A stretch of 61,983 nt of DNA, filler included, from Hausera hauseri (GCA_046269625.1; 13 parts of 13 records of this genome joined end to end with filler, not necessarily neighbours in it), one strand, 5' to 3'. Numbered from the whole stretch's first letter, positions 1 to 11,874 are shown. The notes: generated by a model from the letters alone, not told the origin. Translations and numbers: made by a program.

Positions 1-1134
1 AAATAGATATGCGTTTGAAAATTTTACGATCCGTCGTGTTCCGAGTGAGTGAAAATTTAATTTTATTATTCTAAATAGTAAATTTTGAAATTTAAAATTA
101 GAAATTTTTGTCTGTTTCAAATCAATACAAATATCACAAACGGGAATTGAGGGTTTTTAACATGTTTTATATTTAATAATTCTCATTTCTATTCTTTCTC
201 ATTTTTCAAACTTTTTATATTTCTAAATAGTGCACTTTTCTATCCAATTTCATTAAAAATCTGATAATTCTATTGAATTCACAAGATCCTTATTCTATTT
301 ATTTCGTATAATCTCCCGAAAGGAGAGCTAACAAATTTTGAAGAAATTATCTCCCACCTTTGTTCATTCAGCGGTTTCAAATATCTATCTGCGTCCTTGG
401 TCTCATCAATCAATATATCCTTCCTATTTATGAATAACAAAGAGGTAATATACTGCAAAATATGAATAAAATGTTATCTATTTTTTGATGGTACAGATTC
501 AGCTAGTTAATCAACTCCTTCCCTAAAACAGTGGTCAGAATCTTTAATTGTAGCTCTGGGACATTTGGATAAGTGTCATTTTTGTCACTGTGGCAGAAAA
601 GCAATTGTTGGGATTTAAAACTATTTTAATTAATATTTCAAATGTGTTGTTTTGTTGTTTTATTTGATTTATTTATGAAATTGAAATATTTTTTAATAAT
701 TATTGCTTTACGTGTTATAATTATGGAAAGCTGTGCGGCACATGTATCTTAATATTAAATACTTTACTATATTTAACAACTGTCCGTTGTTTGTTAGTCG
801 ACATTACTAGCCTAAAAATATGCAATATCTCAATGAACATCAGATTACTAGACCGGGATGAGCTTTCAAATAACTTTGTCGCAAAACCGCACAATTTAAT
901 TCTATATATTGTTGTTAAATAATAACTTTAATTCTGTTTGGATAATGTATTATTCTGTTTGTTCACAGGAATCTGTGGGAAAACAGATTGTTGCTGACGT
1001 CGGCGGATTTGCAAATTTACTGCCCATCGCTAAATTGGACCAGCATTTCGACTTAATGGAAACTGTAGCCTCAACGCAATTGGGTAATGGATTTATTTGC
1101 GGTGCAGGTGCAGGACCGCATCATGAATTAACTG

Positions 1135-2072
1135 TCAATTGCGTAATGCCATGAATGAGTTTTTATTACAGATGGACTTGATTTTGTTAAACGGCTTTTT
1201 ATCTGATAGTAACGTGTCCAGATCCGTTATTGCTGCGAGCGTTGTTGGCTGCAGGTATTGTATTAGTGTTAAGGCCTTGTTTAGTTGGCCGGTGATGCTG
1301 CATTGAGTGGCCCATGTTTCAGACACATGGAACCACTTCAATGGAGTTCCGTCCAAATCTATAAAGAAGGTTTGACATGCTAATTTGGGAGGTTTAGCCT
1401 GTGCTAATAATGCAGTTTCGGCTTTTTTGTCGGGCGTGAGTGTCGACGCCTCCTTCTAGTCTGAAAATGGCTAGTATGGTGTTGTTTGAAGTGAATATTG
1501 TGTTGATTGTGCACTTATTCTTATGCAATATTTTTCCATTATGTGAAAATATATGCTCGGGATATTGTTGTTTTAGAACTTTCAGCATATCCGACATGTC
1601 TAGGGTAGGTACAGAGTTGTACTTCGTTTGCCGTACTATGGATCGATGTTGTTTCATAATAGTGAATTTTGTTGGCGATTTCAATCGACTGAAGATTGAG
1701 TAAATGGTTGAGTAGCGACTTTTCGATTATTATGTGTGCTATTTTGGCACCATTAGTATACTCTGGCTTGTATTTTGATTTTACGATGTCGGTATGTGTC
1801 TCAGTGCTAGGATATTTTAGCACTTGTTCAAAATCGCTCACTGTAATAGCCGTAGGGTTAGCGGGTCTCGTGTTATCACTTTTAGTGATGTGAGTATTTG
1901 TGGCAGGATTGTTTTCGACTGCATTACTCTAAATTTTAGCTTGACTGCTGTCATTTCATGTGCGCGGTGTTTGAGCCGGATTGTTTCTAACGGCTGGGTT
2001 TATCGAAATTCCCGAACCAGTCGGTTCGGTACAGTGCGAAATGGACGTGTGTGCGGTATTCGCTGCCACCAT
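1135..2072 (-). pseudogene. gag: Gypsy-type gag precursor: N-terminal extension + ubiquitin-like domain (RLEGG) + capsid N-terminal domain, decayed
   Basis: An ATG at 2072 overlaps the PBS and is in frame with ORF 1539-1841 across two stops. A frameshift leads into ORF 1394-1684 (HIFSHNGKIL...NNTILAIFRLEGG). A 1-nt frameshift near 1440 leads into KPPKLACQTFFIDLDGTPLKWFHVSETWATQCSIT...PFNKIK, which follows the Gypsy capsid pattern P..WF...E......I......K......L......PY..LK. Confidence 0.6.
2061..2071 (-). promoter_or_regulatory. Primer binding site, tRNA-Leu type (TGGTGGCAGCG)
   Basis: 11-nt complement of the 3' end of tRNA-Leu (CGCTGCCACCA), directly after a U5-like T/G-rich tract and just upstream of gag. 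Confidence 0.65.
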
Positions 2073-3422
2073 TTTAGAGTTCTCATCCTTGTGGATGGAA
2101 CTTTTAAATATAAAAAGGATAAACATGTAAACACAGTCGAATAAAACGACTGAAACAAACACTGATAAAACGAGAAAACAATGAGAGAAATTTTTATTCA
2201 ATTCTCGCAAATCGTCCGCCGAGGCGTACGAGTCCTCGGTTGAAGAAAAGGCCTGGTCACTCCTCGGATTTCGGCGCGGACAAGTCGGAATGTCGTCCGA
2301 ACTGGAATCAGTTGATGCTGATTCAAGTCTTGTCGGCTCCAACCGACGTCGACGGAGCGGTATTGAAACTTCGTCTGGGCTGGAGCTCACTGTCCGAGCC
2401 TTCCGCTTGTCAGCGGTTCGACGGTCAGTAATTAAGTGGCTCTCCGAAGGAGCCAGCAATTCGAATAGCCGATTTGTTGCCGCCATCAGTCTTATAAAGA
2501 CTGGCAAGAAGGCGGAAGGGTCGAACAGCCGTCGGCTGTCTTCATCGGCGTAGAACCTGCGAAGATGTCCTGTCGGGAGGCAGTAAGGATTGTTCTCGGG
2601 CAGTCTGCTGAGGTGCCGCACGAAACGGCTCCGCTGCAGAAACTCTCGCACCGTCTGATAATCAGAATAAGAACGGCACGGAGCTTGACGGTCTCGGATG
2701 CGGAGTCGTTTTCCACGGGAGATGGTGTCTCGCCGGGCTGTGTTTTCATTCTTCTGACCGGGTTTGCTCCGCCGAGGCGGTACGCCTGTCGGTATTGTTT
2801 TCCGCTTCGGCGTGCACTGGTCGGAGTACCTTGTGGATGCAATACCCCGAAATCGATGCGGTCTTCTTTTCGCAAATTGTAATGTTTGTTTGGATGGCTG
2901 CATCGGCTAGGAGGACCCTAATATCTTCTCTGATGACCGGTTCGCCGGGTTTTGCTGTTCTGGTCGCGTGAGTTCTCGTTCCATTACTATTACTAGCGAT
3001 ATCGACTCGTATTGTTTTCGTGCCTTCTTTGGTGACGGATACACCGTTTTTCGACAACCTGGTCACTGTGTTCGACATTTCTGACATGTTTGTAGATATT
3101 TTGAATAAATCTGCCCTTTTTTAAACTGTGGATTCAAACAAATGGATTTGAATCCACAGATTTTGAATGTTGATAATTTTGCATGTGCTGGTCACTTCGG
3201 CACTTGTAATCCCAATTTTTAATTTTTCTTTTATTTTTTATCTTTTGTGTAATTTCGTGTGGGAAAAAAATGTGGTGTTTAACGAATCTGTGATTTTGTT
3301 TTTGATACTTGATTTTGTATTTTTGCGTTTACTTGGGATGAATCCGTGATATTAACTGATTTAGTTTAACTTAAATAAATTAAATATAAATTTTAATGTT
3401 TTTTGTAAGGTGGAACCTTACA
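2072..3422 (-). repeat. Long terminal repeat (about 1.35 kb) with a GC-richer, ORF-like U3 interior
   Basis: Starts with TGTAAGG right after a purine tract. AATAAA at about 2193-2198 is followed by about 125 nt of T/G-rich U5 and then the PBS. No second copy is present in the window. Confidence 0.55.
3126..3159. repeat. Perfect 13-bp inverted repeat (hairpin) inside the LTR
   Basis: CTGTGGATTCAAA - 8 nt - TTTGAATCCACAG. Confidence 0.85.
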
Positions 3423-3436
3423 AGGCTCCCCGCCTG
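3423..3436 (-). promoter_or_regulatory. Polypurine-tract-like element (CAGGCGGGGAGCCT) upstream of the LTR
   Basis: G-rich tract ending 3 nt before the LTR-initial TG. Confidence 0.45.
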
Positions 3437-4195
3437 AAAAAAAATAAAATTAAAATCATCCGTTGATTTCAATTTTAAAGTTTACATGACTGATTTGACG
3501 TCATTTAAGTGAAAAGTTATGAAATCCCTTCACAATTTTGTGAAATCGAATCTGTTAAACATACCATTTGCTGATTTAACTTTTTAAACAATTTCGCAAT
3601 GTATTTTTAATTTGGCATTAGCAATGAACGTTAAGTGCTTTTAGAATTTTTTGTGTTGTTGTAAATATTTGTACATTTTAGGAAATACCTTTTGGACAAT
3701 TATGATTTCGATTTTTATTTTATAAATTTGTTACCGACTTTAAATTATTGTTATTTGTCATTCTGTGTAACTTGTTATAAAGTAAATGACCAGAAGTTTG
3801 TTTAAAACTATTCAATTAGTTCTACTTGATCGGTGAAGTGAAGTACTTTTGTCATTGGTTTTTATGAATGATGTATTTTTCAATATAATTCCCGTGTTTG
3901 GCTTTGAGCTTATAATGTTAAATATTGCATTAAACATAAAACCTGTTTAGAAACTCATGGAGACATTTATTTATGTGCCTCATGTGAAATATTACGGAAT
4001 CAACTACGGTGAGTTTACAAAGTTATTCTTCGTTATTCATTTTCCAAAAAGTAAAATGTGGAATTTATACTGTATAAATTTAAGCTTTGCAATTATAACC
4101 CCATTTTTTGATTATTGCAATCACCCTAAAAAGTTCATTTCTTAGCACTTCTTTGAATAATGATAAAATATATTTGTTTTAAATTTGTTTTAATT

Positions 4196-4295
4196 NNNNN
4201 NNNNNNNNNNNNNNNNNNNNNNNNNNNNNNNNNNNNNNNTTAATTAATTAANNNNNNNNNNNNNNNNNNNNNNNNNNNNNNNNNNNNNNNNNNNN
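4196..4295. other. Artificial contig spacer (N44-TTAATTAATTAA-N44); 12 such spacers split the window into 13 independent contigs
   Basis: The same six-frame-stop linker flanked by Ns occurs at about 4196, 8791, 12881, 17941, 22967, 27206, 31413, 36244, 41427, 45807, 50424 and 57064. Adjacency across spacers has no biological meaning. Confidence 0.98.
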
Positions 4296-5410
4296 CTTTC
4301 TTGTCATATTGTTTTCTAAACTGTTCTTGATATTCTTGGGATAATTCCTTGGCGATCTCACAACACTTTTGCAATCGCGTTTGTAATACTTCTGAGAAAT
4401 TTTGTTCTAAATCTTCGGGATTGACTGTGTATGGCGTCATTCCTAAGTCCGTGGGAAACACGGTTTCACATCCATACGTCATAAAGAATGGCGTAAATCC
4501 CGTTGTTGGATGTAGCGTGGTATTAATTGAAACTGAGTTCCTTCTAAAAATTCGTCCCAGTCTTTTTGGTCCTTGGCCACTACTGTCGATAATATATGTA
4601 CGACGGTAGCATTCGTCCGTTCGACCATTCCATTACACTGAGGATGACATGCAGTGGTCGTTAATCGTTCGACTTCAAATATTTTGGTGATTTTCTCAAA
4701 TAATTCACTTGTAAAATTTCTCCCTCGATCCTTGAGTATCTGGTCTGGGGGTCCGTATCGGCAAATAATTCGTCTCACTACGGCTTTTGCTAAAGTTTCT
4801 GCTTTCTGATCAATTAATGCTAGCAACTCGACGAAATCAGTTAGTCGATCAATTCACGTCAAAATGTGCTTATTGTTCTTGTGAGTCATAGGAAGAGGTC
4901 CTACGATATCCATCGATATGGCTTGCATAAGCCTGTCGGGTACATGAATTGGTTTTATTTTGGCCATGTAATTTTTCGTCTTCTTTTGCTTAATTGCACA
5001 TACTTCACAAGCATTCACCCAATTCTTTACATTAATATAGATACTAGGCCAAGAGTATTTATTCATTATCCTTTCTAATGTCTTCTTCCAGGACATGTGT
5101 CCGGCTAAGTACGAGTCGTGCTCTGACATTAACACTTCGGTTCGTAAACCTTTGGGAATAACTATCAGTTTTCTTCCTTTTCGCTCGTAATATAAAATAT
5201 CTTTGTCGCTCTTGTCATTTAAGACGCAATATTTATGTCTGTGTAAATTTTTCTTTAAATTTTGTCCTCTTGGTATGACATCCTTCTTAGAAAATTCTAT
5301 AATCTGCTGGATGACCTTATCCTTTCTCTGTTCTGTTGAAATTTTAATGGCCTTATCCACCGTCAAAACGCGTTTGCGGTCTATTATTTCTTCAAGTTGA
5401 CTTTTCTTCA
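4296..5410 (-). pseudogene. pol: Integrase (HHCC zinc finger + DDE core)
   Basis: HDSYLAGH...W...CEVC; ISMDIVGPLP; RYGPPDQILKDRGRNFTS; HPQCNGMVERTN. Confidence 0.93.
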
Positions 5411-5830
5411 TTACCGTGATTGCGCTGGTTTGGTCTTTAAGCTAGAAAACGCATTGGCGTCTACGTGTTTGTTTCCTGGCTTATACTGAAATTCGATATT
5501 ATATCTGGAGATTTCTTCGATCCATCTGTTAAGTCTGCATGTCAGATTATTTTCTCGACCCTTCAAAGTCGTAACGGCCTTGTGATCGGTGAGAATTATA
5601 ATTTTCTGCCCGTATACGTAAACATTAAAATGTCGAAGTGCTTCCTTTACAACTAGAGTTTCCAATTCGGTAACAGAATAATTTTTTTCAGCCTTCTTCA
5701 AAGAACGTCCTCCATAAGCAATCGGATGCTCCAATTCTTCATCCTCTCTTTTCTGTGCTCGTTCATAACCAATGCTTTCTTTACTGGCGTCTGTCTTGAT
5801 TATGAAGGGTAACTTAAAATCTGGATATCG
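5411..5830 (-). pseudogene. pol: RNase H domain
   Basis: PDFKLPFIIKTDAS; HPIAYGGRSLKKAEKNYSVTELE; ILTDHKA; KPGNKHVDANAFS. Confidence 0.92.
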
Positions 5831-5899
5831 TAAAACAGGTTCACTTGTTAATATCTTAATCTCGTCAAACGCTTTCTGTTCGACGTCTGTCCATTTCCA

Positions 5900-6683
5900 T
5901 TTAATTCCTTTTTTAAGCAGACGATATAGAGGTGCATTAATTTTTGAATTATCTGGTACATAGGTTGTGTAATATCCGCAGAGTCCTAATCAGTGTCTTA
6001 ATTCCTTCTGGTTTTGTGGTTCCATGCAGTCTGATATTTTATTTAGCAGCGATTTATCCGGTTTCGATCCTCCTTCTCCAATTATATGGCCAAGATAGGA
6101 TACGGCGTTTTGAGCCCATTTGCATTTCTTCGGATTTAACTTCAATCTGGCTTGTTCCAGTCTCATCAGTGTGTGTTCGATATTCCTTTAAGTGTTCCTC
6201 TTCGGTCCTTGATGCTATCATTACGTCATCTAAGTATGCAAAAGCATGATCCAATCCCATTAGCATTTTATTCATAATTTTCGTAAATATAGCTGGTCCA
6301 GTAGTAATACCGAACGTCATGACATTAAATTCATAAACACCATCGTGTGTTTTAAATGCTGCCTTATAGCGGTCTTCGTCTTCTATCTCTACTTGCCAAT
6401 ATTTGGATTGTAAGTCCAGCGTAGTAAACCACTTGGCTCCTCAGAGTCGGTCTAAAGCCTCTTTCACTGACGGTAATGGGAAAGAATCTTTCATCATAAG
6501 ATTATTCAGGGCTTTACAGTCAATACAAAATCGATGTTTTGTGGTACCTTTCTTTTTGACCATGAGGATTGATAAGTACCAAGATCTATAGCTGGGCCTA
6601 ATTATATCGGCCTTAAACATTCGTTCGACTTCCTTTGTTATCTCGGGTTTTATCGAGTGTGGTGGAAGGTACCATTTCGGCAT
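5900..6683 (-). pseudogene. pol: Gypsy reverse transcriptase (stops and frameshifts)
   Basis: IIRPSYRSW...VKKKG...RFCIDCKALN...DSFPLP; MTFGITTGPAIF; FAYLDDVMIAS. Confidence 0.93.
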
Positions 6684-6785
6684 CTTCTGATCCTCAAGAT
6701 CTATTTTTTCATTCGAACCAGGCTTTTTCTTGAGCGAAATAGTCCGTTTTAATGCTTTTTAATATTCTGGCTGATCGTCATCTTG

Positions 6786-7841
6786 CTAGATCTGTGCATA
6801 AATTATTATCTCTGTTCTTGGTGGAATATTTTCGTCTACTGGTATCCACACTTCTCCCAATTTTCTATCCTTAGCGTTTTTTACGCCTTTATTTGGCCTG
6901 ATTTCTATTAGTTTTCCTGTTTGTAAGTCAATTGCAATATTCGGTATCCTTTTCAGTAGATCACATCTTAATACGACGTCGTCAGTTAATTGTTCCATGA
7001 TTGCAAATTCGTGACGAAAAGTTTGTCCAACTATTTGAACTTCTGGGTTCCATTTAAACATCGGTTTTGACATTTGGCCAAAAGCTCCTGTACTTCCTGG
7101 AACCCTTGTAGACGGTGGGTATAATTGTTCTCTCAGCGTTTGAGGTATTGAATCATTTTTGATGTAAGACGTCTCGGAACCCGTATCAATTAATGCATAA
7201 ACTTCCCAATCTTCGATAATAATTTTAGCGAAGGGTCTTCCTTCTATTACCGTTTCGAAACAGTTTGACGCTACTTTTGGGCGTTTAATTACCGATATTT
7301 TATGTCCATTGATTCGAATTTCTGGGGAGGATACTATGTTCTCTTCCAGCTGCTTTAATTCTCCGTTTGGGTAAAGCTCATTGTTTTCAATGCTTAATTC
7401 TGCCGTTTCATGAGTACTAATTAACGGTTCTTGGTTGTTAGTATGTAGTTCAGTATTCTGGAAGGTCTTTAATCTTGAGCTATCCCAAACTGTCGATCTA
7501 GTTTTTATATTTTTGGGTTCTCTCGGTGAATACAACATCTTTGGATCATCTGTGGATTGTAGGTAACACATTTTCCATAGGATCCCGTAACGTTTGGTTC
7601 CTTCATAAGGGTCTTCTACATTAATTGTTCTTTTATAGATTTCCGTCTGATATGAACTCATTGATCGTTTATCGCAGTCTTCATAGAATGGAGCGGTGGG
7701 AGGCAACATAGGTAGTGGCGCCTTTATGACAGAGTATGTCTTATGTCTGTTTATTCCTGGAAGTACTTCTCCTCCCTTAGGCTCATCATCATCTGAATTA
7801 TTCCTTCGTGTACTATGCTTGATGAATTTCCGCTTGTGCAA
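6786..7841 (-). CDS. pro: Spacer + retroviral-type aspartic protease
   Basis: YALIDTGSETSYI active site and DVVLRCDLL (the ILG.D.L motif). Same frame as env upstream and RT downstream. Confidence 0.85.
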   Translation of the reverse strand: MHKRKFIKHSTRRNNSDDDEPKGGEVLPGINRHKTYSVIKAPLPMLPPTAPFYEDCDKRSMSSYQTEIYKRTINVEDPYEGTKRYGILWKMCYLQSTDDPKMLYSPREPKNIKTRSTVWDSSRLKTFQNTELHTNNQEPLISTHETAELSIENNELYPNGELKQLEENIVSSPEIRINGHKISVIKRPKVASNCFETVIEGRPFAKIIIEDWEVYALIDTGSETSYIKNDSIPQTLREQLYPPSTRVPGSTGAFGQMSKPMFKWNPEVQIVGQTFRHEFAIMEQLTDDVVLRCDLLKRIPNIAIDLQTGKLIEIRPNKGVKNAKDRKLGEVWIPVDENIPPRTEIIIYAQI

Positions 7842-7904
7842 GAACGTGGACCTTCTTTTCCGTTTACGATGATAATATCCGATATGGCGTTCTACGTCCG
7901 TTTT

Positions 7905-8790
7905 TCATTTGTTTTCTTCGTATGCCTTTAAGAATTTTCCAAAGGGTGTTATGATTGCAGTCAATACCTTACATGAAAATCCAGTCAATGTAAATATTTC
8001 ATAGCCATTTATTACTGCTTGGATGACTGCTTTAATTATCTGTATCAAGAAATATATCGCTAAGAATCCGGATGCCGCTTTTCCGAATATCAGAAACCTT
8101 CCCCACATTTTGTAAAGTATTTCGGTTGTTACTCGCTGATAATGGTTTACACTGAGTAAAGATTCCCATTTAGCCTGCTATCGTGTATCATCGACTACCG
8201 AAGCCATAAATCGATTTAACTCATGTGTTTGTTGTCGTGGAAAGGCAAGGAATTGTCTAAAAGCCTCAATTTCCTTCGGTCTGTATATACCTTTCCATGA
8301 GGTGTCTTGAAATTTATATGTAATTCCTTTCGCGAGATTTGTTCCTTTCAATTTATTTGAAGCGGCAATAATACCTCCATTCGGTAAGCTAACCCAATCT
8401 GTCTCACTACGTCTAAACATAGGTTCTGCTAAGCTTGCCTTACAATTTTTAAGGATGGTTGGTTGGGTAGCGTTATCCAATAACACTCTCGTCAGCGGTG
8501 TAGCTAATCTCTGAATACTTTGGTAAATAACAGGAAGTTCTTGAATGCAACGTTTTTCTCTCATGTTAATAGGTACATCTCTCTTTTCACATTCGTAGGT
8601 CAGCAATACTTCACCTGTAACCCGACCGAAGATTCCTTCTCTCGTGGGAATTATTGGAGAAGCCAATTCTGGATTTGCATATATTAAAGCCATTTTAATT
8701 CTCATAATTTCCCTATCCAATTTGCAGTCATTCATTATCATTTTATGATATAATTTCGTTATTTCAACTTGCCCTTTATAGTAGAAGTAA
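7905..8790 (-). pseudogene. env: Envelope glycoprotein, C-terminal half + transmembrane region; chuvirus/Monjiviricetes-like class III fusion protein
   Basis: LYHKMIMNDCKLDRE...NPELA...GIFGRVTGEVLLTYEC...CIQELPVIYQ...PLTRVL...C....PMF...W...GIY...IEAFRQFLAFP...LN, then WGRFLIFGKAASGFLAIYFLIQIIKAVIQAVINGY. This follows the chuviral G consensus motif by motif. In-frame stop at 8178. Confidence 0.82.
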
Positions 8791-8890
8791 NNNNNNNNNN
8801 NNNNNNNNNNNNNNNNNNNNNNNNNNNNNNNNNNTTAATTAATTAANNNNNNNNNNNNNNNNNNNNNNNNNNNNNNNNNNNNNNNNNNNN

Positions 8891-9283
8891 TCTGCCGAAA
8901 ACTTTCGCCACTTCTTTTCCTCAACCACAAAAGTAGACGAAACAAACTGTCCCCTCTCTGATTATAAAGATCTTTCTAAATTTATTCAATCTAAGCTAAA
9001 TGGCACTGACCTTCCTGTATTACCTTTTCTCTCTGTCACAGAAGTGATCTCTCTAATCAGAAGTCTGCCCCGAAAGAAATCTTGTGGTATGGATGGTATT
9101 TCACCACGCATCCTGTACCAGCAGCTCCTGTCGTTGCTGAGTCACTTACGTATATTTATAACTCATGTATTACCCAGAAGATATTTCCAGAGCACTTAAA
9201 AGCAGGGCTCGTGTTTCCAATCCCAAAAAAGGGCAACCCTGACCTTGTAGAAATTTACAGACCAATTTCGCTTCTTTCTGCAA
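8891..9283 (+). mobile_element. Non-LTR retrotransposon (CR1/L2-like) ORF2 fragment, cut by an LTR insertion
   Basis: KKSCGMDGIS...SLTYIYNSCITQKIFPEHLKAGLVFPIPKKGNPDLVEIYRPISLLSA is the RT domain 0-1 signature. It ends abruptly at TGTGGCAG. Confidence 0.85.
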
Positions 9284-11845
9284 TGTGGCAGAATATGCCC
9301 GCCACAGGATGATGATAAAGCTAACCAAGGCACAAGAAAAGTAGAGAAAAAACTTTCATGCGAAACATGTGATTCTAGAAGTACGTGCTTACCGTGAATA
9401 GAAAGCAACTATCCCACGAACGATTTAATTAGCAGCATGCTAGACAGGAGACAAGGGGGGTTAAAGCCACAGGTCAGGCAGGTGGATGTTATGATACACG
9501 ACACTAAAAGGGGGAGGGTTACCTCGTACAGAGTAGCATGAACAGTGGCGATTCTCAAATTGGGAGGACAAACTAGAATAATGAAGTACCATAATGGAAA
9601 TGGAGGGACATTTATGATTACATGAAAGGAAGCATTGTAAGACCTAGAGACACTGTGACTTTTAGCAAGATCGCATAACACCATTCAATAAGTGTTTATT
9701 TTGCCAATCACTGTCATGAGACCCTGTATGTGACGAGAGAACTCTGCACAATAATAGGGATGATGGACAGTTTTGAGCTGACCTGTTGACCCATTCCCAC
9801 AGTTAGCCACCACGTGACAGTATGCTCGGGGTGCAACCGAGGACATTGCTGAAAAATCAATTCCCAGGTTGTCAAAGTTGAAGTTAGTAAACTTGTTGCC
9901 CCGACTGTATGGTAAACACGTGGTAGGTGCGGACGTGATCATGCGTGGGAACTTGTAGAAAACTAGCTAGAATTGGAGACACTATAAAAAACTCAGTAGA
10001 TCAACAAGAAAAAAGGATTTTATCATGCACTGAGAGAGGACTTTTTCATGTACTGAGTCGAGGACTTGTGTGCCCTAGCCAGCAGCCGACGATTTCTCAC
10101 AATTATAGGGGGCTCATAGATGAGCGTAGAGCAGAACACGACATTAGTATATCTGCTGTCTCCGGATCAGAGACGCCGAGCCCTCTGCTAGGTGTCTACA
10201 CGAGAGAAACAGAGCCTCTGCTGACATCCTGTGAGACGGACCCAGCGGTTGTCATATGTGCTGATTATAGAACGGTTGTTTCTCCGACAAGCATCGGCAG
10301 CCATTGTGGACAACGCCACTCATCGTAAGTAGTTGAGAAGTTAACTAAGTGAGTGAGGTCCATATCGTCTAAGAAGGGAAAGTGCTGAGGCTAGTGGAAG
10401 TAACAGTGAAATAACTTTAATTGTTGAACTTAACTGTGAGGATAAAGAAGTGACAGTCCTTAGACATTTGATAGATTAAGGTTAAGAACCACTGTGGAGA
10501 ACCTTCAGGAAAATCTTAGTAGTACTGGTCGCGTATATTGGTCATTGGAAGGACTATTGAACATAATATGAGAACCAGTGCAAGGCACTGACAACTGGTG
10601 GGTTTATATTTGAGCTGTCACATTGTGTAGAGAAGTAGGCCGAGGTTAGAACAACCAAGTGACAGACAGTGCGCAGTTGCCAATCAGATAGAGGAGAACT
10701 GAGAGATGGTATTCGCCATTGTGGGTTTTATAGTGTTGTGGGGACAAGTAACAGAGAAACTTAACTCATAGACAGAGTATAATTGTTGCCACATTTAAGT
10801 GAAACAACTAAGTGAAAGACATTTTGTTCAATACATGCATAGTGAACACTTGAACACAGCACATCTCACCACACACACACCTCTGCGAGTGTTGGCAGGG
10901 AAATTGAATAACTGAAGATTATTGAACAACACAGACAACAATTAGACAATTAGCACAAGAACCAGAATAGTGACATGTGAAGTTTGTTGAACATTTATCA
11001 GACAGTTCAAAAGACAAATAACTTTATAAATTTTAACCTTACAGCAACTTGAACACCAGAGACCGACTGACAGAACAACGCAAACCAGATACCATGAATC
11101 ATAAGAACAACATACAGACATTAATCCGCAAGTTAGTTCAAGAAGACATTAACATTTTTGACAGTGCCATCAAAAACCTGGGTTAATTGGTGGATCATTC
11201 ATCAGGACGGATAATCCAGATCCACCCAAAAATACAGCTGGACATGACAACAATAGCACAGGACATGTTAGGGTTAATTAATTATAGAGGGAGATAATTA
11301 TATAAGACTTGTTTAGTTAGATGACAATTGTTTGAGACTGATTTTTGTTGTTGTTATTATCTCATGTTTGTAGTCATGAACTTCTATTGCATGAATATAC
11401 ACTCATAATATTTTACTTAAGATTTTTATTAAAAACTTGTAATTTACACTTTTAGAAAGCCAAGTGTTTGGTTAGTGTTTCGATTTAGTGTGTGACGTTG
11501 CAGTCTCTGTGTCGGATAAACAACTTATTAGGTAGTTAAGTGGATCTCCCGGACATCACTATTTCCATGATTTTCATGGGTCAGTGAGTCCATTGAAGTG
11601 TTCAAGCCTTGCGTGGATCCCAAGAGTCACGTGGATCTCCATTTGCACGTGTATCTCACACTTGCACGGGTTGCTCAAGTCTGGCGACTGGTCCGTGTGT
11701 TAGTTGGAATCGGGAGGTCACGTGTATCTCGATTATCACGGCCAAAGTGACTCTGTGGTTCAGTAAACATAAACACCCTCTTGGGCACTTGGAGGGTTAC
11801 CCCTGGTCCTTGGATTTACAGTGTGGGATTGACCGCACTGCCATA
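9284..11845 (+). repeat. Putative very long LTR (about 2.56 kb) inserted into the LINE
   Basis: Starts TGTGGCAG and ends CTGCCATA (8-bp terminal inverted repeat with 1 mismatch). A PBS-like sequence follows 11 nt later. Confidence 0.6.
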
Positions 11846-11856
11846 TAGTTATTTAG

Positions 11857-11874
11857 TGGTGCCGTTCGCAGGAT
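11857..11874 (+). promoter_or_regulatory. PBS-like sequence, tRNA-His type (TGGTGCCGTTCGCAGGAT)
   Basis: Matches the complement of an invertebrate tRNA-His 3' end (TGGTGCCGTGACCAGGAT) apart from three central mismatches. Confidence 0.5.

Larger units (their letters stand above)
4296..8790 (-). mobile_element. Internal part of an enveloped Ty3/Gypsy LTR retroelement with order env-PR-RT-RH-INT
   Basis: Consecutive minus-strand ORF remnants: glycoprotein + TM, DTG protease, YLDD RT, RNase H, HHCC + DDE integrase. RT-RH-INT is the Gypsy order. Confidence 0.92.

Noticed and set aside
555-760. Two possible degenerate CCHC knuckles downstream of the gag in the first contig (RYMCRTAFHNYNT*, CFFCHSDK..HLSKC)
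   Set aside because: They need several substitutions or frameshifts to fit, which is too weak to call.
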